Origin: the human T2T-CHM13v2.0 reference genome, Homo sapiens
DNA length: 64,000 nucleotides
Direction: 5' to 3' (one strand)
NCBI RefSeq assembly: GCF_009914755.1
Contig: NC_060941.1
Part shown: in pieces, positions 17,401-35,640 of the stretch
How positions within the stretch are numbered: position 1 is the stretch's first letter
How the letters are laid out: every line of letters starts with the position of its first letter
Program-made: the position numbers and the translations under genes
Notes under the pieces: generated by a model
The model's input: the letters and a program-made list of their open reading frames with translations, nothing else
The model's database searches: none
Told to the model about the DNA's origin: nothing

Positions 17401-20391
17401 AGAAAAAAAAAATACTGGCTTCATTTAGGAAGACAAATTCAAATCACTCCTCAGAAAGGACCTAAACCCTTTAGCATTTCAACATTGGCAGGTTATAGCC
17501 AAATTCAACTGGGTCACTAGACTTCTAATTTGGGGGACTGAAGGTAGGCAAGGAATAAAAGCATGGATAAGGCTGAGGCAAGGAACTGAAACTCACAAGA
17601 TGTAAGTTAATGCAAGGTAGAATCAAGATACTAAGTGAAAGAGACACTAAACTAAATTAAGAAGTGTCATGTCATCCCAGGAGCAAGACCAAGACTATAG
17701 GCAGAATTAAGAGCTTCCTATAAGTCCAGAAACATGGCTGGAGTGGGATATAACCTCAGATATACACAGCCAAGTGGCCCCTCGGCATCCATTTGTCATG
17801 ATTGCTCTTCAAAAGGAATGCAGAAACCAGAGAGATCCCAGAGACAGAGGTAAAAACAGCTAAACGGAGGGTAGCTTGATCCCAAGGGGGAAGGAAAATG
17901 AATTAGAATTTATCGGTAGTCTTCCTTGCAGGTGCAAACATGAAGGACAGTAAAAAGGCTTTAGTTAGAATAAGAGGGAGTCTAGCTAGATAGATAAAAG
18001 GTTGAATGAGGGTGGCTAGAATCCGCCTCTGAACAGCCCCAGGAAGAGATCATTACACGTCCCCAGCTGTCTCAGTTATTTACCCTTGAAGACAGGAAAC
18101 TGTACGCAGATGAGTTTGGGCCTCCTCTAGTTCTAGAATTCCCCAACTATTAAAGGGTAAATAAGAGATGGCTACTGATCAATCAGCTAAATTGAAAGCT
18201 CAGAACCCATGCTATTACTTGGGGCAAGATAAGTAGAAAAAAAAAAGGCACAAATTCAAAGGAAGATTTGCCTTACCTAGGCTGATCAAACAGCTGTGTT
18301 GTGGGCTCCCAGATGATCTCTCCCACCTCCTCTACCACACAGGAGAATATAAATAGCACTCAGTTTACCTGTGGCTAGCCACAAGCAGAAGTCTGGTCAC
18401 ATGACTGGGCAAGCTGGGAGTAACCATCAAGTAGACATGAACACTCAGAGGGCAGGTTTGCTCTCTCGCTACAGCTCACTAGGTTGGACTCTGTCAGGAC
18501 CCTCTGCTCCTAACCCTGACTGATTCATTTTGCTCTGGGCTATGGGGAGGAAGTTGGGGGGCACTTATAAGGAACTATTCAAGTTCCTCAGGGCTAGAAA
18601 GGTCACAGTAATAGAATTTGCTCTGCCTTCAGGATCAAAGATCCTAGTAGAGTTGTTCTTCTCTACCCCCCGCATCCTTGAAAATCTGTGTGAACCATCT
18701 CAACCCACTTGCAGAAAGTCTTCTCTGATCATCTCCAACTCCTTAGTCAAGCTCTATCTACTTCATGCCCCCAGCTTCAAAAAGGGGAGATACCTTAGAG
18801 ACCACAACATCCCATCTAGTGGTTCCCTGCCCGGGCCCTGATATTTTGGAACAAACCTCAAATCAGTGGCAAATTCCCATGCTGAGCTCTAGCTGTGAAA
18901 GAACCCCAAAGTGCACTGGGCAACATTCCAGGGCAGACCTTGTTTTGAAGCCCTGGTCTTGCTGGTTGTTCAGATTTCCTAAGGGAAGCTCAAAGGTTAT
19001 GTAGTGCCTCCAGGGTAAACCTAGTCTGAAAAGCAAGATTAGATGGCCCTTCCAGAAAGAGTGTTGAAGATATCACATTGGAAAGATTCCTCCTACCCTC
19101 AATATATGCTGACAGCTTCATATCAGAAGGATACTTATGAGGTCGCCTCTCCTGTGCTTCCAGATGCAGAGGAGTGGGTGGCAACACCACTGGAAGGTAA
19201 GTTATAGCCTCTTCCCCTGTATATGATGGGCTTTAGATCTGTTCTGAAATCAGGGATGCTTAACAGTAATGTCACCTTCTTTTATACTTAAGTAAAAAGG
19301 CTTAACCTCATGAAGCAAAAAATTGATCCAGGGAAACATTGGTACATTAATTACCAATAAGTCCTAACCAAACCTCCAAGAACTAGAAGGTCCAGGCTCA
19401 GTTATGATGGTCCTCTCTGAGCAGACAGCATTGCCATTTGCACAGCAGCTCCAACACACACCTCTAAGCTTCAGACAACCCAACAGGAATTTGAGGGCAG
19501 CCTCTTCGCATCCTCCTGCATCTTGCCCTGATTCTGGTTGGCCACTACCGGAAACTTACGTTAGAGGAGGAAAGAGCCTGAGGAATCAAGAGAATGGTGG
19601 GGGCAGTGTGTATAACTTCATCACTGCCTAAGGACAAAAAATCTAAGTATATAAGCTGGGGTAACAATATAGTAAGTGCTCATGGATCTATTTCATACAA
19701 CTAGCTGGGCCCCTGAAAAAAAATATTTTGATGACAACTTAACCATGGTCAGGATTAATTAAGTCTAAGGTACCTACAGGTAGGCATTTCAGATAAAGGA
19801 TGCACTCTAAAACTAAAGATTTTCAGGAAAATGTTTTCTCTATGTTAAGAATTTGAGTGGGACACATTCATTCACTTACCCCCAACTCTGACAGCTGGGG
19901 GAAAACATCAGTAAGCAAAAATGACAAGAATAATTCAAGGGCCTTCAAGGAGTACAAACAGGTGCATAACATGTGGTTTGGTGTGAGAGGAAAGGGGCCG
20001 GCACACAAGCGGCAGTGTCTGAACCTCTAGCTCTGTCTGCTTAGCAATGATTACCAGATCCACCCCTCCTTGGGCCCTGTGGTTAATGAAAGGTTTTCAC
20101 TGACTAAAAATGAGCCATCTCTTTGTGCATGAAGTTGTAACTCCTGACCTACTTGATACAATGTGCTGCACTGAACCACGCAACCTGCTCACTCACAAGG
20201 CGGTGGGTACAAACAATCGACTGGTACGTAGCAGAAGAAAGCTCTCTGGCCTAGGCGTATACCTGGCATCACTTTGTAAACCAAACCCACTCCTTTTTCC
20301 CTCAGATCTCGACTATATATATATGAGGTAATAGTCCCTCATGGCTCTGGTGCAGCAGGGCCTTCCATTTTCATGTATTTTAAGAAATGAA

Positions 20392-20755
<364 letters not shown>

Positions 20756-21572
20756 CTAGAAAGTTCCTGGCCATCCTGAATATGCTCAGTGTGCTTCAGC
20801 ATATATATAGCTGCAACCCTGCTGACTCCACTGCTGGGTCAATGTGAGGCGTGGACTGGGCTGGGACACACGGCAGTGGGCACCCAATCAGCTCTCAGAA
20901 TCTGATGCCAACCTGGTCCAGCTAGAGTAGTAAGGACCAGCTATGGTCTCCTAAGAGGTGGCCTACTATAACGGTCAATACCTGGGCTCACATCCTGCTT
21001 CCACCCCAATGTGCTATGTGAACTCAGACTGATCACTTAACTTCTCTGGGTGTCAGTTGTTCCATCTGTTAAATGGGGAGAGTAAGATATGTTATCAGGA
21101 TGTAGAAGAAAATTTCCATTCCAGAGAACTCCTAGTGCAGTCAAATTAGTCTCACATATATCCATGTGTTAAGTATCTTCTTTGGAAATAACTTCAAATT
21201 TATAGATGCAAGAATAAGAACAGTACATAGAACACTCATATAATCTTTACACAGATTCGCCTATTAACAGCTGCCCCATTTGCTTTACTGTTTGCTTTCT
21301 TCACATGCACTTTTTCTTACACATGCTCAAACACGCCCACATGTCCACACGCAAGACAGATACTCACATGCAGACACACACACACACACTTTCCTTCATT
21401 GAGTTTCCTTGTGTGGTGTTCTATTTGAAAAGAACAGGGAACTACTGGAGGAGGGGAGGATCAAGATGAAGAGAAAGCGAAGGAGGCATGCTATTTGGTG
21501 ATGGTTCCACAGCTCTGTTCCTTTTTCTTTGCCAACAATGCAAACAGCAAGCACTCAGGTGTTCCTGCTTTA

Positions 21573-23243
<1,671 letters not shown>

Positions 23244-23960
23244 CTACTTGGGAGGGTTAGATAACCTCCAAGAAGTCAATTATCCGTGATACATAGTCCC
23301 TAGATGGAGCTTTCTCCCAGAGTTTAAGGCCTTGCTATTTCCCTTACTGGGCACATGCCTGTCTCGGAAGAGCACTATCATACATTACAATGACTCCACT
23401 TTCAGTTAACCTAAAGCTAGGAGAGGGAGACATGCTCAGACAGATCCTGCGCCCCCCAGGCTTCTTTCCCACTAGAAGTAGGGGGATGGTTACACCAGGG
23501 GTCCCTTACAGAGAGGACTAAGCTATTATGGCACAATGCCACTTGCATCTACCCCCACCCCTGCCATAGGAACGCATCACCCACATGTATTCCCAGGTGC
23601 TTTTCTGGGTTTCACATCATCACACATAAGAATCCTTTTCCTGTAAGATCCATCTTCGCATGTCTCCCTAACATGGCCTTGCCCCAAGCTCAGTAACCAT
23701 GACCACCCCACAGAGGCAGAAAAATCTGGTCTGCCTCCTATGTCCTATCTGTCCCTGGTTAGCCACTCATTCTACATGGAAATGGCATATCTCAAACCAG
23801 CTGGAAACACTCAAAAGCCGCCACCATATCACACACATAATAATGTATTAATAGTAACCATCATCTTCCAACTACTCACACCAAGTGAGTATTTATGGTG
23901 TGGATAGTCACCTTGGGGTGCTAAAGGAAGAAACGGACTTCTTTGCAGCCCAGTTTCCAA

Positions 23961-26164
<2,204 letters not shown>

Positions 26165-27619
26165 TCACTAAGCCACCAGACACATGGTTGGCAGCCTTCA
26201 AGGCAAGGAACACAGACTCTGTGGACAACAGTGTAAGTGTCCAGGGCCTGCGAAGTGGTAACAAGCATCTCTTTCTTGCACTTCCCTATCTGGTGGTTGG
26301 TGGGAGAAGAAATAGCAGTGCCTGCTATCACAGGATGGTGGCTGGCTTGGGAGAGGGGCGCTTTCAGCCTGATCACACCTCTGAAGCCATCCTAGGGCCA
26401 ACAGATAATTCTCCTCCTTGGCCTAGAAAAGCCACTGATCCAGATTTTGTTTTCCTCCATCTTCTTGCTACACAGAACACTACTAGGAAGTTGGCAAAAA
26501 TCTACCTGGAGTGAAAAGACAGTTAGCATTCATCTTGGTCTCCTTGGCCTCTCACCATATCCACTTCAAAGCCTAAAGCCAGGCAGTCTGGCTTTTTAAC
26601 AAAATCATAACAAAATCCTACACATTGGCTGTTTCCATGGATCGACCTGGTAACTGCCCAAGCTCACCCTCTAGCTATAAGTGTGTTGGGAAAAGAACCT
26701 ACAGGCCTAGCAATGACATCTATGGAAATGCCACGTCTTTGCCACCAACTGGGCTTCAAGCCCAATGACCAGGATGAATAGGAGACCAGTGATTTAAAGA
26801 AAGAGAGAATACTAACACTTCGGGGGGTTTTGCCTTGTAAGTAGCTGAAGAGAGGTATTATAGAGGGGGAACAGTATGTGGGGACCAGAAGTGGGAAAGA
26901 CCATTCTGAGTGAGCCTGGGGGAGGTGTGGCTTACTCTCCCCACTCTGCTGCCTTCCCAGCAACTCAATCCAACAAGTATTTATTGAGCATGACACTCCC
27001 CATCTGCCCTGGTCCTCCCTCTGCAAAAACACTCAAATCTGTTCAAGCTGCAGGGTGAGTTCCATTGCACTTGAACTTGAAACGTGAGGTGCCTACTCTT
27101 AAAAAGGCAGGCACACAATTTCCAGTATACGGCAGAAGGGACTCAAGAGGTTTGAGAAAAATAAGGAATATAGCTGACTAGACAAGGCGAAACAATGTCA
27201 CTTTTGAAAGGGAAAGGAAAGGAGAGAGTAAAAACTTAATTTAACCTTAGGGAGAATAATATATTGACACTTTTTTTTTAAAGCCTATTCAAAACATCCC
27301 AGTAGTTTTCTCTAATTAACCTCACCAAACACTGAGTATTTCTTCATTCTTTGCCTACTCCAGCTTGAATTTATATTTTATTCACTTATGGATGTGTTAG
27401 CAATCTACTTTTAGAGTTGCACATTAATCCTTCCTTTGACCTTTGAGGAGGTAATACCTTGGTGCTCTCCTGCATGTCTTCATTTAGGATCAGATAATAA
27501 GAGACTCAAGTGGCAGAGCTCGGGGTGAACTAGGCTGCCCCCTAACAAACATGGCTTCCCTGGAAAAGTGATCCTTCATTTACAAGATAGAGAGTTCAGA
27601 GTCAGAAAGGAGGCACCCC

Positions 27620-28040
27620 GTGGATGGCTTGAGCCCAGGATGCTATAGTGAGCTATGATGGCATTACTGGATTCCAACCTGGGTGATGAAGCAAGACCCC
27701 ATCTCTCAAAAAAAAAAAAAAAGAGACAAAGGCCAGGCGTGGTGGTTCACACCTGTAATCGCAGCACTTTGGGAGGCCAAGGCAGGGGGATCACTTGAGG
27801 TCAGGAGTTCGAGACCAGACTGGCCAACATGGTAAAACCCTATCTCTACTAAAAATACAGCAATTATCTGGGCGTGGTGGCACACTTGTGTAGTCCCAGC
27901 TATTTGCGAGGCTGAGGCAGGAGAATTGCTTGAACCCAGAGAGGTGGAGGTTTCAGTGAGCTGAGATCACGCCACTGCACTCCAGCTTGAGCTATAGAAT
28001 GAGACTCTGCCTCAAAAAAAAAAAAAAAAAAGAGAGAGAG
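27620..28040 (+). mobile_element. Partial old Alu followed by a full Alu
   Basis: Alu consensus with two A tails; GGAGGCACCCC on both flanks. Confidence 0.9.
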
Positions 28041-29142
28041 AAAGAGGAGGCACCCCAAACCTACAGCTTTGTTCTGTCAAATACCATCCATCCTCTAAGA
28101 AGCCACATTCAGACAGTCTCTGAGAGAAAACTCCTCAACCCTTGATCACAGGCCAGCTGCTTCAGAGCAACCAAAACCCTCCGAGTCTTCCCAGGCCTCC
28201 CCCAGCCTCCACCCCTTTTATTGGGGAGCTGGGAGCTCAAACTGCTAATGTGTAGGCAGAGCTGAGCTAAAGGCACTCCATCTGTCCTCCACCCCCCCAG
28301 CAACTCTCGGGGGCTCCTGAGCAAATCCACAAACCTGTATGCCTGAGCAGGGCAGGGTAAATGTCTGTACATGGCCTGGACTTCAGTTCCAGGTCCCCCA
28401 GGGCCTGGACTTGAAGTTTTTCTATTATGAAATACTTGGATAGCATTCTTTTAAGTTCATTAAAGCCACCCTTGATTAGCTGCAGTGCTCCCACACAGTA
28501 AGGGTCGATCAAGGCATATGTGGGCCTGAGGGGAAGCATTTAAATGACTGCAAGGCTTGGCATTCAGCTTTGTAGTGACCCTGAGGGGAAAGCACAGTGC
28601 CAGGCAGAGTTTTCCAAACCAGGAGGTTTGGTGGGGACCACAAGCTGAGCCCGAACACTAGCAGCCAGCTGTTACGAGAACCTCCCACCATCCAGCTGTT
28701 GCCAACAACAACGGCCCCTTCATGAGCTCCACACGACTGGAGAAAATGGGGGCACAGATAACTTAGAAATTTCAAATATCATCCACAACTCTTCCCTGAG
28801 ATCAGGATTTGTTTTTGACCTAATAATGTGAGTAGATTTGGCTAATGTTTGGTTAATTCATACCCTGCAAACCAAATAATGGAGCCCTCTGTGAAGATTG
28901 AACCTAGACGAAGGGGGGAAACTGACCAGATTTCCCACCCATCCTTTCTTTGCTTCCACTCTTCCCTGTTCCCACTTCTGTGACAAAGAAGGGTAACATG
29001 CATCTCAAAGGATGGCAGAGCTTACTAACCCAAGAAGAGACTGTCCACTCTCACTAACTCACTCTCTAGTGAGCATCTACCTTTGCTCTGAACTGGGAGC
29101 GACACCCAAAGTTTTCCTTTCCACTGCTTTAAAAGGGCTCCA

Positions 29143-30047
<905 letters not shown>

Positions 30048-31424
30048 TCAGCAGAAAATAAAGGCATAGTGTTCTCTTGGCTATTAAAGCCCACCAACCA
30101 CTGTGGTAACACCCAAATTAGCACCATCACTATGAAAGTTTTGCATTACTGCTTGCAACTTTCTAAAGATCTATCTATGTCTAGAATGTGAGAGAACAAA
30201 GTCCTCTTGCCATCACAGCCCACTGTTGTTCTCACCCCTCTGACACTGACCTCAAATGGTTTAAGATCTCTTAGCTCTATGTTATATAAGTGAGACCTTC
30301 TCGTACTATATAATCCTTTGCTATCCAAAATACCGAAGAACACATGGACTCACACTCCTTTGGGTACCAAAGAGATAAAGCAGTTAAGCAGCTAGTCCCC
30401 AAATTCAAGGATGTCATCACTGGTGATAACATTTAAGAGCCAGATGCTTCAGCAGTGCATTTTGCTGACCATGTATGTGCCTGGTGCTGGCAAAGCTGTC
30501 AAAAGCAACAGTTAGCAGTGTTGGGCTAGGAAGTGTCTGGTGTTTTAATGCTTCCCAAACAGAAGCTGCCTCAATCACAGGTTTTAGAAGGGGAATTGTA
30601 GCTCTTAAAGGGTTTTAACTGCACCCCCAGGCCTCATTATAGCAAGATGATGCCTTGGCATAGAACGGTTGGAAATCTCTTCTAATCTCCAGGCTGTTTC
30701 TGGCACCAGTAGCCACACGGACCAGTTTGCTGAGGGCTTTCTCTTAGGGTCTCTAATATGCAACCTCCTTTTTATGGTTCCAGACCTATCTAAACACCTA
30801 TCCCCCAAGAAATAAGTTTTCAAAGCATTGCAAAGAAAGGAGTTTAACAATTTAATAATATAAGCACTGCAGCCTCGTATTCACGAAACAGCCATCCTGG
30901 GGAACCTAATCGACATTTGATATAAATTACCCTTCTTATATCCCCATGGGGAAGCCAATATTTTAGGGCAACCATGACTACTGCCAGCTCTTCATAATCT
31001 GTTCACAAAAATAAAAGGTAATGAGAAAAATTCAAAACAGGAGATAAGCCTAAAGTAATTTCCATCTGATTTTGAAATGTGTTCACCGCAGTTTTGGGTT
31101 GTCAGGTTGGGGGAAATGGGTTAAGAGAGGAGAGGGGGCAAATTTGCCTAACAGTTAAGCTTTTATATAAATTCAAATTAGCTTATGTCTACTGAACACA
31201 TCACCTGACAATGGTGGGGGTGGAGAGGCTGGATTCACACATGATGATGTTCTACAAAGATTGAGAACTGACTGGAAGCAGGTGACCTTCTTTTCTTTTG
31301 CCTTAAAATAGAGTGGGACTACAGGCTTGTTCGTTTTCTTTACCCCCTTAGAATTTTCTGAGGTTTATATTACACACATTTGAAACTGATCTTTATATAG
31401 GAAAAACAGGTACACTGTTTGAGA

Positions 31425-31645
31425 CAAGAGTTGGCAAACTTTTCTGTAAAGTGACATATAGTAAATATTTTAGGCTTTGTGAGCCCTACAGTCTTTATCA
31501 CAACTCTTCACTCCACCACCGACAGCACAAAAGCAGCCCTAGACAATATTTAAATGAAGCAGTGTGGCTGGTTCCAATAAAACTTTATTTACAAAAATAG
31601 GCCCAGGGCCAGATATGGCCTGTAGACCATAACTGCCAATCCCTG
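31425..31645 (+). mobile_element. MER58A (hAT-Charlie MITE)
   Basis: caagagttggcaaacttttctgtaaag...gtaaatattttaggctttg...ccaataaaactttatttacaaaa...tgccaatccctg; imperfect 8-bp TSD GTTTGAGA/GTTAAAGA. Confidence 0.85.
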
Positions 31646-32503
31646 GTTAAAGAAGGTTCTGGTGGTCAGAGGAGGTTCCAAGGCAGTATTTAGCTTCCCT
31701 AGCACCCAGCTGGTCCCAGTGGGGCTGGTCCACTGGAGAAATAATTTGCAAACCTAGATGAAACATTATCTTCATTTTAGGGACATACAGACAGACACGC
31801 TAAACAAGATAGGTAAGACTGGAACCCAGAACAATTCACCTCCTAGTCCTATTTTGTCCTTCATCATGGTCCTGGAAGAGTATAAAAGTCAGCGGCCTCT
31901 AACTGACATTAAGACACAAAAGAGAATTTAATTTAAGGGAGAATTGCAGTGAGAAGTTTATCTTAGGTTTCTACTACCCAATAATGGCTCTTAGCTTTTT
32001 TAGAGTTATCTTTCATTTTTCTCTCCACTCTCTTCAGCCTTCCTCACTCCTAGCCCAGGTTCATAAAAATGAAGCCATTCCTCATTTTACGAAGACATAC
32101 CTTATGATGAATGGTTGCAGAAGGCAAATCCTGCTCTTTACACCATAACCCTTTTCACGAGGTCTAATATATCTTGTCAAGAACACAGCAGGATGTGTGG
32201 TGGGGAGATAACTGCAGAGCCCTGAGCGTTACATCACTTTGAGATGGGCAAGAGAAACAGTGGCGACCCTTAATTGTTCCTGAAGCCCAGTCACAGCTCA
32301 CATGCCTTTTTAAACAGCTGGGTTTCAGAGCTCTGTTTAGAAAGTTCATTTTAAAAGATGAGGGAATAAAAATGCAAGAGGAGGCCCTGAAATTCTGAAA
32401 CCTGCAGTACTGGTTTCAGATCAATCTGGGTTTGCTCTTTGAAGCCTGAAAAGGCAATGGGCTCTGGCCAACAGTGCTCTCACCTTGGCGAGCAGAGGGA
32501 ATA

Positions 32504-32730
32504 ATAATATAAGCAGCAGCAAACACTTTTATAGCACTTCTCATGTGCCAGGCACGTTTTAAGCACTTTCTATCTATTAACTCATTTAATTCTTATGATA
32601 TAGATATTATTATCCACAGATGAGGAAACTAAGACACAGAAAGAACTTTCTCAAAGCCACACAACTAGTAAATGGCAGAACCTGGATTTAAAACCCAGGC
32701 ATTCCAGCTCCCAGTGCCAATCTCTTAAAG
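32504..32730 (-). mobile_element. MIR
   Basis: tgtgccaggcac...ctcatttaat...acagatgaggaaactaagacacaga...ctagtaaatggcagaac. Confidence 0.85.
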
Positions 32731-34214
32731 GTTTATGACTACAAGGGGTTTCCTTTTATCCCATATACTCTACTGTCCTAGAAAAAACCACCTCTGGTGC
32801 TTTCCAAGGCCAAGGAATGGAAATAATGTGAACACGTATGTGGGCTGAAGTTAACATATAAAAGCCCTGATGTGCCTCCAAAACAGAGGCCAGGTACATT
32901 CCCCTAATGCCTGGCCACTTTCTTCTCCTATTTTTTCCCCTCTCCTGCCATACTGAAAATCTACAGATAATCCCCCCAACTACCAACTAGGCGAATGCCT
33001 TATTAACACTTCTAAGATATTAATAGGTGGACAAATTATTGATCAGACCAATCTATAAGCAAGAGTCCACCCAACTTGCCTTAAATCACCTGACAAATTA
33101 TGCAGAGCTCTAGCTTCCTACATTTCTACCAGTATCCCAGGGCCTCTGGCTCTATAAAAGGAGCAGGCCATGTAATGAACCCAGACATCCAAACCTACGT
33201 TCTTCCCCCTTCCACAGCATCCACCAGCAATTGTCCTTTTAATATTAGTTCTATAATAGACACAAAATAACTGATCTTAAAATGATTGCTAATCAGTTTC
33301 CAGCTACTATACAGGTAGGCTTTCTGTTGTTTTCCACTAAAAGTGACTAAGGTTCCGGTTCTTGTTCTACCAACTTCCCGGGGTTTCAAGGAAGCCCAAA
33401 CAAAACCAACAGGTTTGTAGTCTTGTGGTTTGCTTTATAACTCATGATAGGCATGAGTTAGTCTGGGCATTGCCTTACTCTACACCACCGGATTCTAAAC
33501 ATACTTTTACTACTTGGTCACCATCTTGCTACCAGATTTGACCAAGTTTCTGCATCCCAAGATGTGATGCTAACATATACAGTGAAAAGTCCAGAAAGAC
33601 TTGGGGGCTTTCTATCTCAGAGATCCTCTTAAGCCCATTCCTACCTAGCAAGGAGTAGCCCTGTAGTAGCTACTACTTCTGTAATAGCCCTGCAGAAGCA
33701 GGAAGGAGATGTGCAGTAACTAGGCTTGGTAATCATCAGAAGCTCAAGAGACTCTGGTTTAGAGAATGTCATTAACCGTTAAGACGGCAGGAATCATGAT
33801 TTTTGTACATTTGGTAGAGGCTCCGGCTTTGGAAGTGTGCAATGATCTTTTCACATCTGGTGTGAATCAAATGCAAGCCTCACTTTCAACTTATTGCCAA
33901 CCTCCTCATGCAAGTAGGTTCCTTTTCCCCTTCCTAAGTACTTGCATTTGTGGGATCCTCACAGATTTGAGTATCAAAGCAAGGTTAAGTTTGCTTCTCC
34001 CTAGTTTCCCCACAGCCACCACATCAAGCTGTTATTAAGAACCCATTTCAGTGCTGTTCAGAAAGTGGGGTACTTGCCACCATGCACTTGACTGTAGCCC
34101 TCACCCCACTGCCACGTTGGCTGCAATGCCCCGGACAAAACAGCCTTGGTGGGTAGAGGGGTGGAGGGAGTAGAAAGAAAGGTAGGGGGCAAAACTGCCC
34201 AGGTCTCCCCCCCG

Positions 34215-34216
<2 letters not shown>

Positions 34217-34254
<38 letters not shown>
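34217..34254. repeat. (AC)19 microsatellite
   Basis: Perfect 38-bp AC run about 730 bp into FAM117A intron 1. Confidence 0.97.
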
Positions 34255-34257
<3 letters not shown>

Positions 34258-34982
34258 CGTACACAAACGATGGTTGGAATGAGACAGCCATATTAAGCAG
34301 GTCAAGAATCTGGGAACGTACAACTTCTGGGACACAGGGAGAAGAATGCAGGGAGCTGGGCATTTGCACCACGGTAAAAGCCGTTAAACTTAGTCCAGCG
34401 GGCTGAGATGAAATCAGTTCCAGGAGGTGGCATAAAGGGAAGCGCACGTGAAGTGGTGGAGAATGGAACTCCAGCGCAGTTGAGAGGGATGCTGGGGCCA
34501 AACTCAAGCTGGAGAAGTAACACACGGCTGCACGGGGCTCTACTCCATGCCCCTCCCCCTCCCCGTGCAATAGTCCAGCGCCCACCGACTCCTGCTCCCA
34601 GCGCCAGCCATCCGCACGGGGCGCCCCCACCACGCGCCACTCCTCCTCACGCCTCGCTCCCACCCCCTGCATCTTCCACTCACCCCACACGACACCTCTG
34701 CCCACTTTTCGGTTACGCCCCCAAAGCCAGCCTCCATCTGCCAGGTCCCTCCCCTCACCTCCGGGACCCGACTCCCCGCACACTCCGTCCCAGCGGTGCT
34801 CCCCACGTTTCACGGCTCCTCGCTCTTGCTCCCTCCGCCCTCATAGACTCTGAACGCCCCCTTTCTCTTCCCTCGCCCCCATCCACTTTCCCCTCACACT
34901 TCTCCCCGTCCCCCTCCCGCGGTCACGCGCCCCCCCTCCCCCAATGGCTCCTTCCACGGCACCCGCTCCAGGCCCGGCTCAC

Positions 34983-35178
34983 CTGCACGGCCACCCCCGT
35001 CCCGGCGCTGGTGCGGCTGCTGCAGCTGGAAGGGGATCGTGGCCCTGAGCGGCTGCAGCCCAGCCCGGGGGGAGCCGGCGGGGGCTGGGGGAGAGCAGCC
35101 CCGCCGGAGCCCCCCGGCCCCTCCGCGCCCCGGCCCCCAGGCACCTCCGCCTCTGCCGCCCGCTGCGGCCCCCGCCAT
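34983..35178 (-). CDS. FAM117A: FAM117A coding exon 1 (65 codons + 1 nt; Gly/Ala/Pro-rich N-terminus MAGAAAGGRGGGAWGPGRGG...QRRDGGGRA)
   Basis: ATG at 35178 in strong context (agagccATGg); translation matches the FAM117A N-terminus as I recall it; CAG|GTGAGC donor (GT at 34982-34981); 196 nt, phase 1, fits exon 2. Confidence 0.96.
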
Positions 35179-35259
35179 GGCTCTCCCGGCTGCCTGCCTC
35201 AGCCCCACTGCGAGACTCACACAGCCCCCCAACCCCCGAGGCCGCTGCTTATCTGCTGT

Positions 35260-35640
35260 ACGGGGCGGGGACCGGCCCCCTCATCCTAGAGCTGTCATTG
35301 GACTGCGGAAACCCAGACCTTCCACCCCAGCCAATCCACAGCTTAGCCTTCCCTTTCCTGAGGATGATTGGTCGATGAGCCTAGCGATCCAAGCCAAGAC
35401 CCCACCCTCACACCGCCCCCTTCGGTTTTCCAACATCCCAGGGGCTGCTGATTGGCCTGTACAGAAGAGGGCTGGTTCTCCAGCGCCACCAATGAGAAGA
35501 CGCAGAATAGGGGAGCGTCACACCCAGTCCCAGGTAGTATGCAAATATAATGTCACGTGACGTCAGGCGAGCTGGAGAGTGGGCGCGGCGCTGGGTGTAG
35601 GTTGGAGTCAAACACTAGTGAAATAATTTTTGGGGGCGGG
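35260..35640 (-). promoter_or_regulatory. FAM117A: FAM117A proximal promoter: five CCAAT/ATTGG boxes, octamer, overlapping E-box/CRE, GC boxes
   Basis: ATTGG 35297, CCAAT 35331, ATTGG 35367, ATTGG 35451, CCAAT 35489; ATGCAAAT 35539-35546; GTCACGTGAC 35552-35561 overlapping TGACGTCA 35558-35565; GGGGCGGG near 35262 and 35633. Confidence 0.8.

Larger units (their letters stand above)
34440..35640. promoter_or_regulatory. FAM117A: CpG island over FAM117A promoter, exon 1 and start of intron 1
   Basis: Very GC-rich with dense CpG compared with CpG-depleted flanks; boundaries by eye. Confidence 0.9.

Noticed and set aside
35179-35232. 18-codon in-frame upstream extension of FAM117A (TTG/GTG/CTG)
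   Set aside because: The annotated ATG already has strong context, the extension is short and the TSS is unknown; nothing separates it from chance
34408-35289. 293-aa Pro-rich plus-strand ORF, and the 251-aa minus ORF at 34058-34813
   Set aside because: Lie in the C-skewed CpG island and microsatellite where stops are rare; low complexity and no recognisable domain
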